Assembly (NCBI GenBank): GCA_028534125.1 | Contig: CM052818.1 | Location: 45,262,001 to 45,326,000, forward strand | From: Lama glama | Taxonomy: Eukaryota | Reading direction: 5' to 3' | Length of the DNA stretch: 64,000 bases | In this document: piece by piece, positions 12,101-25,224 of the stretch | Numbering within the stretch: the stretch's first letter is position 1 | How the letters are laid out: each line of letters starts with the position of its first letter | Position numbers and translations under genes: made by a program | Notes under the pieces: model-generated | What the model was told of the DNA's origin: nothing | Databases searched by the model: none | Seen by the model: the letters and a program-made list of their open reading frames with translations, nothing else

Positions 12101-12754
12101 GTGTGGTGTTGCAGAAAGATTACGCTTTGGAATCAGATAATCGGATAAGCTGCTCAAGCTTGCTGGGCTGCAAGGTTCCCCTTCGAAAAAAGGAGGGCAA
12201 TTAAGCTGCCTTTAAGGCTTGTTCTGAGGATGAGAGCAAATGGCGTTTGAGGCACCAAAGACAGAGCCTGGGAACCAGTCGTGCTCAGGAAACATTCCTT
12301 TCACCTCTCACCCCCTTCTCCTTTCTTAGATGGTCTTAGGGGTTTCACACATTACTTCTGACACATTATCATAATCCCTGTGTCACCCAGCATCTTTCTC
12401 CAAGGGTCCAAAGGACTTTGATCTAGGTGGACAGTGTCCTGATGGTGGTCATTTTTTGGTTGGAGAAAATAAGGTAGCAGAATTCACATGATTCATTCAC
12501 TCAAGTATGGACAGAAAAGAAGAAGTCTCCTGTTCCTTTCCCTTAACAAGTTTTATTTTTTTATACCCCAGTATTTGCAAGCTCCTGAGGGATTTGCAAA
12601 AAAAAAAAAAATCAGTTTCCAGACCTATAGTAGAGCAAAGCAAGTATGGTAAACAGAATTCTGAGCCGTCCCAATTCACTAAGGTATGAATACAAAACAC
12701 TGAGCAGGATGTGATCCATGCATAAAAATAAGATATAAACATTCAAGAAATGCC

Positions 12755-13580
12755 ATGATCCTCATTTCACAGATGAGGAAACAGGCCCAAGGAGATGAAC
12801 TGATCTGATCAAGAGCGCAGTTAATGGTAGGCCTGCGATCTGAACTTCATTCTTCTGAATATTGCACAATAAAATCTAAACCCCTCCTCTGCTACCCTGG
12901 CCAAAGAACTAGCTCCCAGCACACTATCTGGAGCTAAATTCCTGGCTCTTCTACTCATCAGCTGAGTGAACCCATACTGTTACTTGAGTTGAGCAGGCTG
13001 TAAAAAGGAGATAATAATAGTTTCCTTCTTAAGATCATAGGATCTCACTTACATGTGGAATCTAAAAAAAAATGACATGAGTGAACTTATTTGCAAAATG
13101 GGAAATAGACTCAGGCATAGAAAACAAACTTATGGTTCCCAAAGGGGAAAGGGCTGCAGGGGGGATTAATTAGGAGTTTGTGATTGACACATGAAAAATA
13201 GATAACCAACACAGGCCTACTGTCTAGCCCCAGGAATGCCAGTCAATATCTTGTAATAACCTGTCATGGAAAAGAACCTGAAAAAGAATAGATTTATATA
13301 TGTATATACTATATATATATACATATTGTATATATAATGTATAACATATGTAATATATAATATATATATCTGAATTACTTTGCTGTTCACCTGAAACTAA
13401 CACAATATTATAAATCAACTATACTTAAATTTAAAAAATAATCAATAATTTAATCAATAATAGTAATAATAATTTAATAGTTCAATCAATAATAACAATA
13501 ATAGTTCAATAATAATAATAATAGTCCCTGCCTTATAAGGGTTTTCTGGGGATCAAATGATATGGCGCAATGACTGGTCC
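12755..13580. mobile_element. MIR fragments; the one at ~12930-13580 is interrupted by a young L1 3' end
   Basis: MIR core phrases ctcatttcacagatgaggaaacaggcccaagg and ctgtaaaaaggagataataatag ... ataatagtccctgccttataagggtt. Confidence 0.65.
13036..13440 (+). mobile_element. Young (cetartiodactyl-type) L1 3' UTR fragment with decayed A-rich tail to ~13515
   Basis: cacttacatgtggaatctaaaaaaaaatgac..gaaaacaaacttatggtt..ctgaaactaacacaatatt.taaatcaactatactt. The same sequence recurs at 17.0, 26.6, 35.1 and 36.2 kb. Confidence 0.9.
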
Positions 13581-15117
13581 ATATGAGTCATCAGGCAAAG
13601 TATGCTCTGAGTATCAGCCACTTTAAAAAGCTCCACTCCTCTCTGGTTCTTTTTCTCCCTTTGTTTCCAAGTTCTTTTTTCCGCTTACAGGTTTCCTTTG
13701 GAAGACACTGATTTTGCCCTGCTGCAGACACATGACCCGCCTGTCACTCATGCATTCAGTCACTTCAAACATGTCTTTGATGTAGTTAACCTGGTAGGAA
13801 GGAGCATTCAGCAAGTGCTTGAGGAAGAATCTCTGGGCTCCAGCAAAGAGCACCCGCGGGTGTTTCCAGCTCTGCTTTGGCATTCAGAGGATCTGGCCTC
13901 AAGTCTCAAGTTCTGTCCTGTATTAGCTGTGCCCTTTCCAGGTACCCAATCTCCCTGTACTCCAGTTTCTTCTACCTAAAAAATGAGGAGGTCAAGCTCT
14001 TTCTAGAGAGTTACAATAAAAATGGAATGAGATGCTAGTATGCTGGTCTTTTCCCTAGAGATTTATAGGCTTCGGGGAGGCAGGGACCACACTTGCTTCA
14101 TTCTCTGTCAATGTCTTAGATGCTCAGTGAATATATTTTGGATCACCTGAAGAAAGGAACCGAAAAGCTAGAGACAGCCTGGTGAATCCAGGGAAGCCAA
14201 GTGGGAATTTTTTTGCTCTTCTAAACCTATTCTATTTTAGAAGTTTCAAGTGGTTTCAAAAGGTCTTGAAGATACAAGACTGTAAGTAATGGGTATGTAT
14301 ATTAAACATGAGTGACATCCTTAGTCACTCAATTATGCTTATAAGGCTGAATATCAGAGACAACATATATGCCGGACAAAAGGGGACTGGACAGGTTAAT
14401 AATGGTATAATCATGCTTTTGTTAAAAATGTTTTGGAGGAATATTAAATTGCATAAGAAATAATCATAAAATTTTAAGTGGAAAATCCACAATGAAGATT
14501 GCAATTTTGTAAGAAATCATATGTAAATCGAATAAGTATAATATATAATCTAGATCTATCTTAAATGGGAACACAAAGGTATCAAGATGTTAAAAGAGGC
14601 TATTGCTGGAGACTGGGACTATAAGTGTTCTCTTTTCCTTTGACCTTTATATTTTCAATTTTTTAATAAAACAAGTGACGTTTAAAGTAAACACAAAATA
14701 GTAATACTAAAATTGACAGCCATCCAGAGACCCAGATGTCAATTACTAAAGAGCATCAGTGTCTACATTTTCCACCTCCCATCTCCAGCTCTGAAATCTT
14801 CCACCGTGTCACTTCTTCTGCCCTACCCAGCTTGTAAGCTCAAAAAATCAGAAAGAGACTGCTTTCTTTTCCTTCGTTACTTTTTCCTGATCCTAATATT
14901 CCCTTGTGTATCTGAATATTCCCCTGTTCTCAGAAATGCAGAACACGATCAATATTTTGTTCCAGGAGGCCAAGTAGTTCAGGCAGAGTTAAAGAACTTT
15001 TTATCAGCTGCATAACCTTGTCTCTAATTATTCAACCTTGCGTGATGATCAGTTGTTTGTTTCCTGACTGCTAAATTTTAAGTGTCTTGAATTACCTTTT
15101 CCTTATTGTGTATTCTT

Positions 15118-15163
15118 CATCATCATCATCATCATCATCGTTATTATTATTATTATTATTATT
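15118..15163. repeat. Compound microsatellite (CAT)n(TAT)n
   Basis: Read directly. Confidence 0.95.
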
Positions 15164-15472
15164 AGTTTCATCTGCCCCCTCATCAAGGAACCTGGAATGG
15201 GCCTGGCATATAGCAAACATTCAAAGGTTTAACTATTGAGTTCAGCAAATATTTGTTGCAACCAAAAAAGGCTCTCTTAGCTTTATTACAATCTTTTAAA
15301 AACATGAAGTAGAATATTTTCTTGGTTTCCATGCCATTCTGTAGTTCTTCATTTAAGTAGCTTCCTAAAAGTATGCCCTATGGGTTCTATCTCCAAAGTG
15401 TGTCTTGAATCTGACCACTTTCCTTCTTCCCCTTGACTCTTTTAGGCTATTATCATCTTTACTTTCATCTTT

Positions 15473-15898
15473 TGTAGTGGGTGGAACGGTGCCCCACCCC
15501 ATCCCAAATTCTTATCCTCCCAGAATCTCGGAAGGCACCTTATTTGGAAAAAGGGATTTTGCAGATGTAATTAGTTAAGGAGATTGAGACAACCTCATAT
15601 TGGATTTGTTAGGAATAGGAGAGGACACAGATACCCACAGGGGAAAGACTGCGTGAAGACAGAGGCACAGATTGGAACCATGCAGCTGCAATTCAAGGGC
15701 GCCAGGATGGCTGGGAGCCCCCCACAAGCTGGAAGAGGCGAGGAAGGATTCCGCACCAGAGCCTTCACGGGGAGCATGGCCCTGTTGATTCCTTGATTTC
15801 AAGCTTCTAGCCTCTGGAGCTATGAGAGAACAGGTCTCTGTTGTTTAAACCTTCCAGTTTGTGGTACTTGGCTACGGCAGCCCCAGGAAACTAATGCA
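15473..15898 (+). mobile_element. MaLR solo LTR (MLT1A/B-like) inserted in an L2 remnant
   Basis: TG...CA ends; cttatttggaaa..tttgcagatgtaattagttaag; gccccaggaaactaatgca terminus. Confidence 0.85.
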
Positions 15899-16369
15899 TC
15901 TCCCTGCGACCCAGAATGGTAGTTTGCAATACATATCAGATCAGGTCACTCCTCTGCTTAAAATCCTCTAATCATTTGCCGTTGCTCTTACTTAAAATAA
16001 ATCCCAAAGCCTGCATCGTGGCTTAAAGATGGTCATGACTGGTGCCAATTTCAGTCAACTTAGACATACCACCCACCATCCTGCTTTTTATAGTGGTCTA
16101 CAGACCCCAAGTAACTCTCTCTCGTTCCTCAAAGATTTTAGCTCCTCACTCACTGTCATCCCATCCCTTCTCATGTCTTAAATGCTTGGTGGTGGCACCA
16201 TATACTGAAGTGATTCCAGCCACCCCTGGTCTATCATTACCTTGAACCCTTCTTCTTCGGTGATAGTGTCCATCTGCCCTTTACTTCAGGGTCTTACCTG
16301 GATGCTATCAGTACCACCAACTGTGACCCCTCACTGGTCTTAGTGCCCTGTGTCTCACCCTCTGACCAC

Positions 16370-16800
16370 CGACCATTGGAAGGGTGAATAATAGAAAAAC
16401 TGAGCTTTCCCTGTTGCCCAAAGAGAAAGAAGCCTTTCCCTTCCTCCTTTTCCTTTTATTAGAGCATTTGCTGGAGAAAAGAATATTTGTAAACACTATC
16501 TCTGTCCCTTTAAGATGTGTATAAATCTTTTTAAAAGCTCTGGCCAACATAATAGCCCAGAGATGTTTTTCTTAAAGGCCTAGGATCCACCTCTTTGAAA
16601 TGTAAACATCAAAGACGATACCTTCCTGTTTACTGCTTGTCATAGAAATTTGAGTAGTTTTATTTTTCTTTCCAATAAAGGCAGTTAACTAACACAGGTC
16701 GCTACCCCAATTACTAGGTGAATTATTTTTTCCCCAACACAATCACTCTCATTTTTCCACCTTATTTCCCTAGTACCCACCTGTCCACCCCACTGGGACC
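16370..16800 (+). mobile_element. ERV1-class LTR remnant (MER34/MER39-like)
   Basis: ctctttgaaatgtaaacatcaaag and gcagttaactaacacag phrases typical of this group. Boundaries approximate. Confidence 0.55.
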
Positions 16801-16856
16801 AGAATCCATCGATCCTGCCATTGGATCTCTGGCTGTTATCCTGTCACGCCCTCAGG

Positions 16857-18178
16857 CAGCCAATAGGTATATGAAAAGGTGATCAATTCATTAGTCATTA
16901 GAGAAATACAAACTACTGCAATGAGATACCATTTCACAGCCGTTAGGAAATAGCTATACAGTACTATTTACAATAAAAGACATGGAAGCAACTTAAATGC
17001 TCATTGACAAATGACTGGATAAAGAAGATGGGGTATATACACACAATGGAATATTACTCAGCCATAAAAAAGAATGAAATAATTCCAATTGCAGCAACAT
17101 GGTTGGACCTAGAGATTATCATATTAAGTGAAGTAAGTCAGACAGAGAAAGACAAATATCATATATCACTTATATGTGGAATCTAAAAAAAAATGACACA
17201 AATTCTACTTACAAACCAAAAACAGACTCATGGACATAGACAATAAACTATGGTTACCAAAGGAGAAAGGGCTGGGGAGAGATAATTAGGAGTTTGGAAT
17301 TAACAGATACACATTACTGTATATGAGATAGATAAAACAACAAGGACCTGCTGTATAGCACAGGGAACTATATTCAATTTCTTGTAATAAGATACATTGG
17401 AAAAGAATCTGTAAAGGAAATATATCTATGTATGCATATGTATAACTAAAGATAAAGAAATAGCTATAATTAGAAAAAGAGGAAAACAGCAAGTGTTGAT
17501 GAGAATGTAGACAAACTGAAACTCTCATAAATTGTTGGTGGGAATATAAAATGGTGCAGCCATTTTGGAAAACAGTTTGGTAATTTCTTAAATGTTAAAC
17601 AGATGACCAAGCAATTCCACTCCGAGGTATATACTGAAGAAATTAAAACAAAATCCACACAAAAGCTTGGATACCATTGTTAAGAACAGCATTATTCATA
17701 ACACCTAAAAAGTGGAAACAACCCAAATGTCCATCAGCTGATGAACAGATAAATAAAATGTGACCATATCCATGCGGCAGAATATTATTTGGCAACGAAA
17801 AGGAATGGGGGTCCTGATGCATGCTTCAACAGGGATGAACCTTGAAAACATTGAAGCCAGTCACTAAAGACTATATGTTGTATGATTCTCTTTACATGAA
17901 ATATCCAGAATAGGCCAGTCCATTGAGGCAAAAGGCCAATTAACAGTTGACTAGGTTTGAGGGGAGAGCAGGGAATAGGGGAAGAATTGGAGGAAAATGG
18001 AAAGCAGCTACTATTGGGTATGCAGTTTCCTTCTGGGGTGATGAAAATGCAAAATTGATTGCGGTGATGATTGCACAACCCTATGAATATACTAAAAAAA
18101 AAACCCAGTGAATTGTACAGTTTAATGGGTGACTTGTATGGTATGTGAATTATTTCTCAATAAAGCTGTTAAAAAATA
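16857..18178 (+). mobile_element. Older L1 (L1MA/MB-like) 3' region with a younger L1 fragment nested at 16959-17456
   Basis: The old L1 text resumes after the 12-bp TSD gaaatagctata (16947-16958 and 17457-17468) and ends tctcaataaagctgttaaaaaa. Confidence 0.88.
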
Positions 18179-20010
18179 GAAACAAACAAAGCCGCCCAAG
18201 CATGACCTACCTGAGAAACATTTCCAGATTCTTGTTTGGATTCTCATCCCGCCTTCCCTCTTCCATCCAGCTGCACAGCTTTCAGTGTGGAAGCCTGCAG
18301 TCCCTCTGTCCTCCTGGCTGGACTGGGTACTACTACCAGAAGGCAGGAATCATTCATCACTCTTCTCTGCACCTCCAGTGCCAAGCACGTGCCTGGCATA
18401 AAGTAGGTTGCTGGTAAATGTTTGTTTAATACATGAATTCTTATCATCCTCTTGGTATATATTATGATGTTTCTAAAATACACCAATCAGATATTTAATG
18501 ATTTGATAAATACATATGTTCATTGCCATAATCCCTTGATTCATAAACAGCGATGAACATTGCTGAAACTGATTCTGAGAACCATGCTCTGATTAATAAC
18601 TTCAGTGGTCAAGAATGTCAGATCCTCTGAATACTTGACCTCTAGTTTGATCTCAGCACTCTGCAGCCAGCATTTTGGGGAGCAAGCCACAGTGTAGGTG
18701 CCTGGAGTGCCTGGGGCTTGGCCCTGAACTCCCCAGCCTAGCTGCCCATGCCCTGGCTGGCCCTCAGCCTGTAGCCAGCTCTGGAGATGGTCCAGGTCCT
18801 CTCGTTAGACCCTGCTTCTGAATCACCTCTGTGCCCCTGGTGCGGGCACAGTGTCCACACGGACTGGTCCTCAGGATGGCTTGCTCTGTGGGTATTCCAC
18901 CTGGCCTGGTCCCGGAGACCTGCACTTAACCAGCAGGCCTGCAGGAGGAAGTTTGCAGGCAGAGGCAGGAGAACACAGGTGACAACGGTGGAGGAAGTGG
19001 CCGGTCCTGTCATCCTTGTCCTTTCCCTCCACGGAGAGTCTGCCACCAGCCAAGAGTCTACGCCCCTTGGCTGCGCCGGCGGCAGGGAGGACATCGTGGG
19101 CGGTTCCCTAGAGTTCAAATGAGGCTCCTGCCTGGCAATTTCTTAAAGAGGTTTTAAAACTCCTGGTAGCACCTGTGAAAATGTATACTGCTCTGTACAA
19201 CCTCCTTCTCTCTCTGTGGATGTATTTGGTGAGAGTGACACGGTGATAGTAACCATTTGGAAAACGAGCTCTGTGATCATAGGGAATTTTAAATAAGAAC
19301 CTTATCAAGGAGCAGTGATTCTCAGTACACATAACCGCCTTGGAAGAGCAGCATGAATTTCCCGCAGGTCTCTGCTTTCCGGAAGCCTGCTGAACCTGTC
19401 GGCAGAGTGGAGCAAGTCATATGTATCAACTGACAAAGCGAGGCTTTCCAGGTGTTGGTGAAACTGGTGTGTGCAACCTCGAGAGAGTGCTGTGGGTCTG
19501 GGTTGGGTATGACCCTGAGTCATGTGTCCGTGAGTGTGGAAAGCCCTTGCGGACCCTCATTTCATCTCCACCCTGTTTCTGAATCATCTCTTGGATGGCA
19601 ACCCAGCCCAGCCCACTCCACTCACTTCCTGCTTTTCTGCACCTGCTCTCCTCACTCCTGTTCCTCCCAGGGTGCTCTGGGTCCTCCCCCTGAGCCCAGG
19701 GCCTCAGGGCTCCCTGGAACCATCTTCCAGGGCAAACACACATTCCTCCTTCCTGCTGAGTCCTTCTATGGGGACACCCGTGGGGAAATTGATGCTGCCA
19801 GAACGGATGCCTCCACATCCAACCGTGAAGCCCCCGCCCCCAAGGCTCCAGCAGACCACCAGCCTCTGCTCCTGGGAAGGAAAGCAGGAAAGCAGACACC
19901 TGTGTGCGTGGTGATGTGTCCTTGAAGATGACCAGGGCCATCGGGCAACGACCTGTGTCTGCCTGGTTCACCCTGGGGGCAAAGCAAATCAACGATAAAT
20001 ATCCCTTGAA

Positions 20011-20140
20011 TGGGGAGTGGGGAGGGTGTAGCTCAGTGGTAGAGCTTGCACTTAGCAAGCACGGTCCTGGGTTCAATCCCCAGTATCTCCATTGAAATAA
20101 ACAAATAAAATAAACCTAATTACCCCTCCAAAACAAACCA
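20011..20140 (+). mobile_element. tRNA-derived SINE (camelid-type)
   Basis: A-box tagctcagtgg, B-box ggttcaatccc, tail taaacctaattacccc. TSD aaatat(c/t)ccttgaa at 19997-20010 and 20141-20154. Confidence 0.9.
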
Positions 20141-20459
20141 AAATATTCCTTGAACGAATGAGTAAAACGTCATTATCTGGCCCCTCCCCCTTCCTCCATG
20201 AGGACTCGGGCACCTAACTTCTGTCCAGTACAAATGGGGTGGCTTGAGTGTCTCCATGGACATGGTCCATCCCCTGCCTCTAATCTCTTGGGTCGCCTCC
20301 ACTCCAGGGACTTTTCCTTTAGTCCTTGCAGCGGCCCACTCCTGTGGCCACGCCCTGCATCTTGTCATCACCTGAAACTGCTCCACCTCTGAAAGCTTAA
20401 GTACCAGTATCCCAGTCTCCCTCCACGGCCTGCTGGCCTTCCCACTCCCCCTGCCCACC

Positions 20460-20560
20460 GTGCTCCGGCCGCAGTCCCGGCTGCACGCGGCATGCGCAGG
20501 CGCACTAGCGCGCGCACGCGCCTCTGCTTTCTCCCGCTCTGTCGCCTCCTCCCGGTCTGG
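20460..20560. promoter_or_regulatory. Small orphan CpG cluster with an NRF1 motif
   Basis: TGCGCAGGCGCA at 20493-20504, adjacent gcgcgcgcacgcgc, dense CpG in otherwise CpG-poor sequence. Confidence 0.5.
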
Positions 20561-21419
20561 CTTCTTTTCCTGCCAGGCCTGACCGCCTGAACTTCCCTCT
20601 TATCAGCACCTTTGATTCTGTCACGCTCTACTCGTTCCATGAATCATCTCCACCTCGTTTCAGCAAAACCGTAACCTACTTGAAGGTGAGCCTTCCCACC
20701 GACATCTGGGCAGCTGCGCAGGGCGGGACATGGCCCCACAGCGCTGCCCTCACACTCTTGGCACCTGGCCTCCTTCCCCGGGCTGTTCCTTCCTTTCAGT
20801 CACTCACCTGTGTATGCTTTCAACAAACGTGCATTGAGCGCCTGCCATGGGCCAGGACTGTTCAAGGCGCTGGGGGTAGGGTGGTCAAAGCCAGCCCGGA
20901 TCCTGGCTTTCAGAGACCTTCCCTGCTGGTAGGGGACGCAAGACATAGAGAAATGACCGTGAAGGTGGTTTAGCTGGGTTAAGCATCGCTGTTCTGCTGG
21001 AGTTGCTTCCTCGGGCTTTGCAGTCATCTTTCTGTAGACGACCCTGCCTCTTGCTTGAAAAAAGTGCTGCTCTTGGATGTCATATCACATCTCATTCTGC
21101 CGGTCTGTGAATTCACCATCTTACGTTCCATCACCCCACTGCAACCTTTCTCTTCTTGTGCAGAGAATGTGAACGTCCTCCTCTCAGAGGCCAGCACCCC
21201 TCCCTGTGCTACCCCCAAATCCTCCCCATCTCCCCTACCGTCCTCTCCCGGTTTTCCTTTATCTCACGTTGTCACTAGAGGATCCTTCCCCTCAGCCTGT
21301 GAACAAGCTCAATTGTCTTCTGTCTTTAAACCACCCTCCTTGGTCTCCAAGCCCCACTCTACCAACCCCAGTCCCTCTTCTTCCTTCTAAACTTCCCAAA
21401 GGGAGCTCCTCCGGGTCCT

Positions 21420-21553
21420 TGTATTGTTTGCTTTATGAGGGGGAGGTAATTAGGTTTATTCATTGATTTCTGCTTGGAGGAGTACCGGGGATTGAACCCA
21501 GGACCTCTTGCAAACTGAGCATGCGCTCTGCCACTTGGGCTATACACTACCCC
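21420..21553 (-). mobile_element. tRNA-derived SINE (same family)
   Basis: Reverse complement of the family pattern: gggggaggtaattaggtttat..ggggattgaacccaggacc..ccacttgggctata. Confidence 0.88.
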
Positions 21554-22489
21554 GTGTTCATGTCTTGACAGCCATGCACACACGTTCCCCTGACAGTGGG
21601 GGACCTACTGTGTGCTTGAGCCTATGCTCACTGCTGGGGCAACCCCAGGGCCACGACAGGCTTATATTCTGGTGTGGAACGCAGGTCACAGGCAAGTAAA
21701 CAGGTAAATAAGAATGAGAAATTCACCTATTTTTTAAAGTTCTATGAAGAAGGTAAAAGGGGGGGAGTGAGACTGGGAGCAACTGGGAAAACCCACTTCA
21801 AAGAGGGCTTTCCCTGGAGAACTGACAGGACCTGAGAGCATAGAGTGGCCCAGATATGTGAAGGGTGGAGGAGCAGGCAGGGACAGGAAGAGCCATGCCT
21901 GGTGGGAGGAGCCTCCCGGCTGAGTCAGGGACAGCGTGTGTAGGTGGGAGCCTTCCCCTCCTCAGCCCACTGCGTTCGGACTCTGCCCTCCCCACTTCCT
22001 CAGAAACAATCCTTCCCTCATTTGGAAGCCCAGGAAACAGGTGCAGTTATGTTTATCAGTGCTCTTGCTCCAGGTAACCTTGATGAATTCTCTCCTCTGC
22101 AATCGCCCTTCTGGGGACTTGCACAACTCCATCCTCTCTGTAGTCCCTCATTTCCAGGCTCCCTTCTCTGATCTCCCTTTATTCCTGTTGTCCCCAAGAC
22201 TCCATTCTTTCCACACTCTCTTCTTGCTCTACCCTGGAGGTTTATGATTTGGGGAAAGTGGGGTCTCAGACCCCTTTGATTCTCTGTTGCTCTCTCCTCT
22301 GAGAAAAAAGCAAGTGCACATTACCCATACATAGGATTCTTTTCATATGATATTATTAAGGGGTGTGTGGGTCCCCCTAGTGTCATGGTCTCCAGATCAA
22401 GAAGCCTCATCTATACACTTTCCCAGAGAGATTTCATCCACTCCCACCAGACCATCTGTTCTTCATAACTTTTAAAACTTGAAGTGTAG

Positions 22490-22995
22490 TGAAGAGGGAG
22501 GGATGAATGGGCAGAGCATAGAAGATGTTTAGGATAGTGAAACAACTATGATATTATTATAATGATGGATACGTGTCATTATACATTTTGTCCATTCCCA
22601 CAGAATATACAACACCAAGAATGAACTCAATGGGGAGGGTATAGCTCAAGTGGTACAGCGCATGCTTAGCATGTGTGGGGTCCTGGGTTCAATCCCCAGT
22701 ACCTCCATTAAAAATAAATTAAATAAATAAACCAAATTAGCTCCCCACCTAAAAAAAAAAAAACTAAAAGGGGAAAAAATGTAATGTAAATTTTAATGTA
22801 AACTGTGGACTTCGGGTGATAATGTTATGTCAATATAGATTCATGGATTGTAACAAATAGAATATTCTGGGTGGGGGGGATGTTGACAATAGGGGAGGCT
22901 GTATGAACAGGGGATTTATGGGAATTCTGTCATTTCTGTTCAATTACATTGTAAACCTAAAACTGCTTAAAAATTAATATCTATTATTTTAAAAG
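22490..22995 (+). mobile_element. L1MC-like 3' end, interrupted by a SINE
   Basis: atggatacgtgtcattatacattt..aacaccaaga|..aatgtaaactgtggact..gtaaacctaaaactgct. Confidence 0.8.
22632..22780 (+). mobile_element. tRNA-derived SINE (same family)
   Basis: ggggagggtatagctcaagtgg..gtcctgggttcaatccccagtacctcc followed by an A-rich tail. Confidence 0.9.
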
Positions 22996-22999
22996 ATGA

Positions 23000-24730
23000 C
23001 CTGTAACATGTATACAGAAAAGAGAACAAATTATAAGTATATAGCTCAATGAATCAGTGGTGGAAACGCTCATGGAACCATCACCCAAGTCAAGAAGTAG
23101 ATGATTAGTAATGTACCAGAAGCCCCCTTTACCCTCCCCCATTTGGTGTTTCCTCCCACTTCCCGAAGGAAATGCCTCTCCTGACTTCTAATGCCATTGT
23201 TTAGTTTTGCTAATTATACATAGAATCACATACTGTCTACTCTTTTGGTGTCTGGCTTCTTGAATCCTACATTATGTGTGCGGGGGTCGATGTTTTTGGC
23301 GGAGGAGTGGGTCATTCATTTTAATTGGTGCACAGTGTTCATTGTCGGGTTATCGCAGTGCATTTTGGTGGACTTCTGTCTCAAGTTCTGGGTTAAGGAA
23401 TAATGCTGTGGTGAACATTCTTGCACGTGTCTTTCAGCAAGCAGATTGTGAGCACTGCTGTTGAATGTGTATCTAGGAGTGAAATTGCTGAGTCCTGAGA
23501 TTAACATGTATTTAACATGTGTAGATAACTCTAGTTTTCCAAAGTGATTGCACTAATTCACACACCCACCAGCAATGTGTGAAAGTTCCTGTCACACCAC
23601 ATCCTCATCAATACTTAGTATGGTCAGAATTTAAAATTTTTGCCATTCAGATGTGTGTGTAGTGACAGCTCATTGTGGTGTTTTTTTTTTAATTTTTTAT
23701 TTAAGTGTAGTTGATTTACAATGTTAGTTTCAGGTGTACAGCAAAGTGATTCCATTACACATGTACATACATACATATATTTTTTCTTTTCAGATTCTTT
23801 TTTATTATAGGTTATTACAAGAAATTGAATATAGTTCCCTGTGCTTTACAGTAGGTCCTTGTTGTTTATTTCATATATGGTAATGTGTGTCTGGTTGTGG
23901 TTTTAATTTGCATTTCCCTGGTGACTAATTATATAGAGGACACTTTCATGTGTTTATTCATCATTAATGCACTTTTTTATTGGATTTTTTTTCATGACTG
24001 AGTTGTAGGAGTTCTCTGTATATCCTGATACCAGTCCTTTGTGAGGTATCTGTTTTGTGAATAATTTTCTCCCAGTCTGTGTCTTGCTTATTCATTTTCT
24101 TAACTATGTCTCTTCATGATTAGAAGTTTCTAAGTTTGATATGGTCTAATTTATCAATTCCTCTTTTATGATTAAGGATTTTGGAGATCTAAGAAACCTT
24201 TGCTTGTCCCCCAAGTCACAAGAAATTCTCCTATGTTTCCTTTTAAAATCTTTATGGTTTTAACTTTGGTGTTTAGATCTACGATCTAGTTTGAATTCAT
24301 ATTCTTTTGTATGAGGTGAAGTTGAACTCAGGGTCTGTTCTTCCCATATGGATATCCAGTCATCCTAGCGCCATTTGTTGAAAAGAATTTCCTGTCCTCA
24401 TTGGATTGCCTTGGTGCCTTTGTTAAAAACCAGATGATTACATAAATTGGGGTCTATTTCTAGGTTCTCTGTTCTTTCCCATGATCTGTTTGTTGATTCC
24501 TACTCCAGAAGCCCTCTATTTTGATTGCTGTAATTTTACAGTATGCCTTGAAATCAGGTAGTGTACAGCCTCTTTTTTTTAAAAAAAATGTATTTCGAAA
24601 AAACCTTTTGTATTGTAACACATTTTAGAATCAGCTTGTCAATTTCTACCAAAAAAAAAAATCCTGATTAAATTTTGACTGGAATTGCATTGAATCTATA
24701 GATTAATGTGGTGAGCATTTTTGTCTTAGT
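23000..24730 (-). mobile_element. Old L1M fragment with a young L1 3' end nested at ~23681-23895
   Basis: Antisense L1 phrases (cccaccagcaatg, ttttaatttgcatttccctg, gcattgaatctatagatt). The nested piece begins with a poly-T tract and is flanked by ttgtggt. Confidence 0.85.
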
Positions 24731-25224
24731 GGTAAGATCTTGAATTATTTATTTATCTCCAAGTTCTCCCACATCCCCCCTCAACCTGCTCTTGTGCTGT
24801 GTACTATCATGCCCGACCCTGAAACTGGGAGGCACCCTTAACTCTGACCTCTCCCTTAGCCCTAACAACAATCATTAAAGCCTGCTGATTTTCCTCCTCT
24901 GTCCCAACTGCTACTATGCTGGTTCAGGCCTTTCTCATGACTCACTTAGATCATTGCAACACTATTTAATTAGCTGGACCCCACAAATGTAGCTCGTACA
25001 CCAGCCTCAGAGAGACTGCTTTTGCAAATCTGACCCTGACACTCTGGCTTGAAACTCACTAGCTCCCGGATGAAGTCCCAGTTGCCTTAACTTGAAATGT
25101 ACCAGTTCATAATCCAGCTCCTTCTTACCTTTTCAGCTGCATTTCCTGATATTTGTTTGTCCCTTACGTTTTCTGAAAGCCTCCCCACAACCTAAAGGAG
25201 TTGGGGCCCCTCCCTGATACATCC

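Noticed and set aside
17004..17186. L1 ORF2 C-terminus-like ORFs (also 36097-36753)
   Set aside because: Fragments of 5'-truncated, frameshifted L1 copies, not functional genes.
18738..20076. Cluster of 110-216 aa ORFs
   Set aside because: No recognisable protein similarity, overlapping on both strands, and the longest starts inside a SINE.
20011..20090. tRNA-like sequences with A and B boxes (also at 22632 and 33148)
   Set aside because: They are SINE heads: multiple diverged copies with A-rich tails and TSDs, not tRNA genes.
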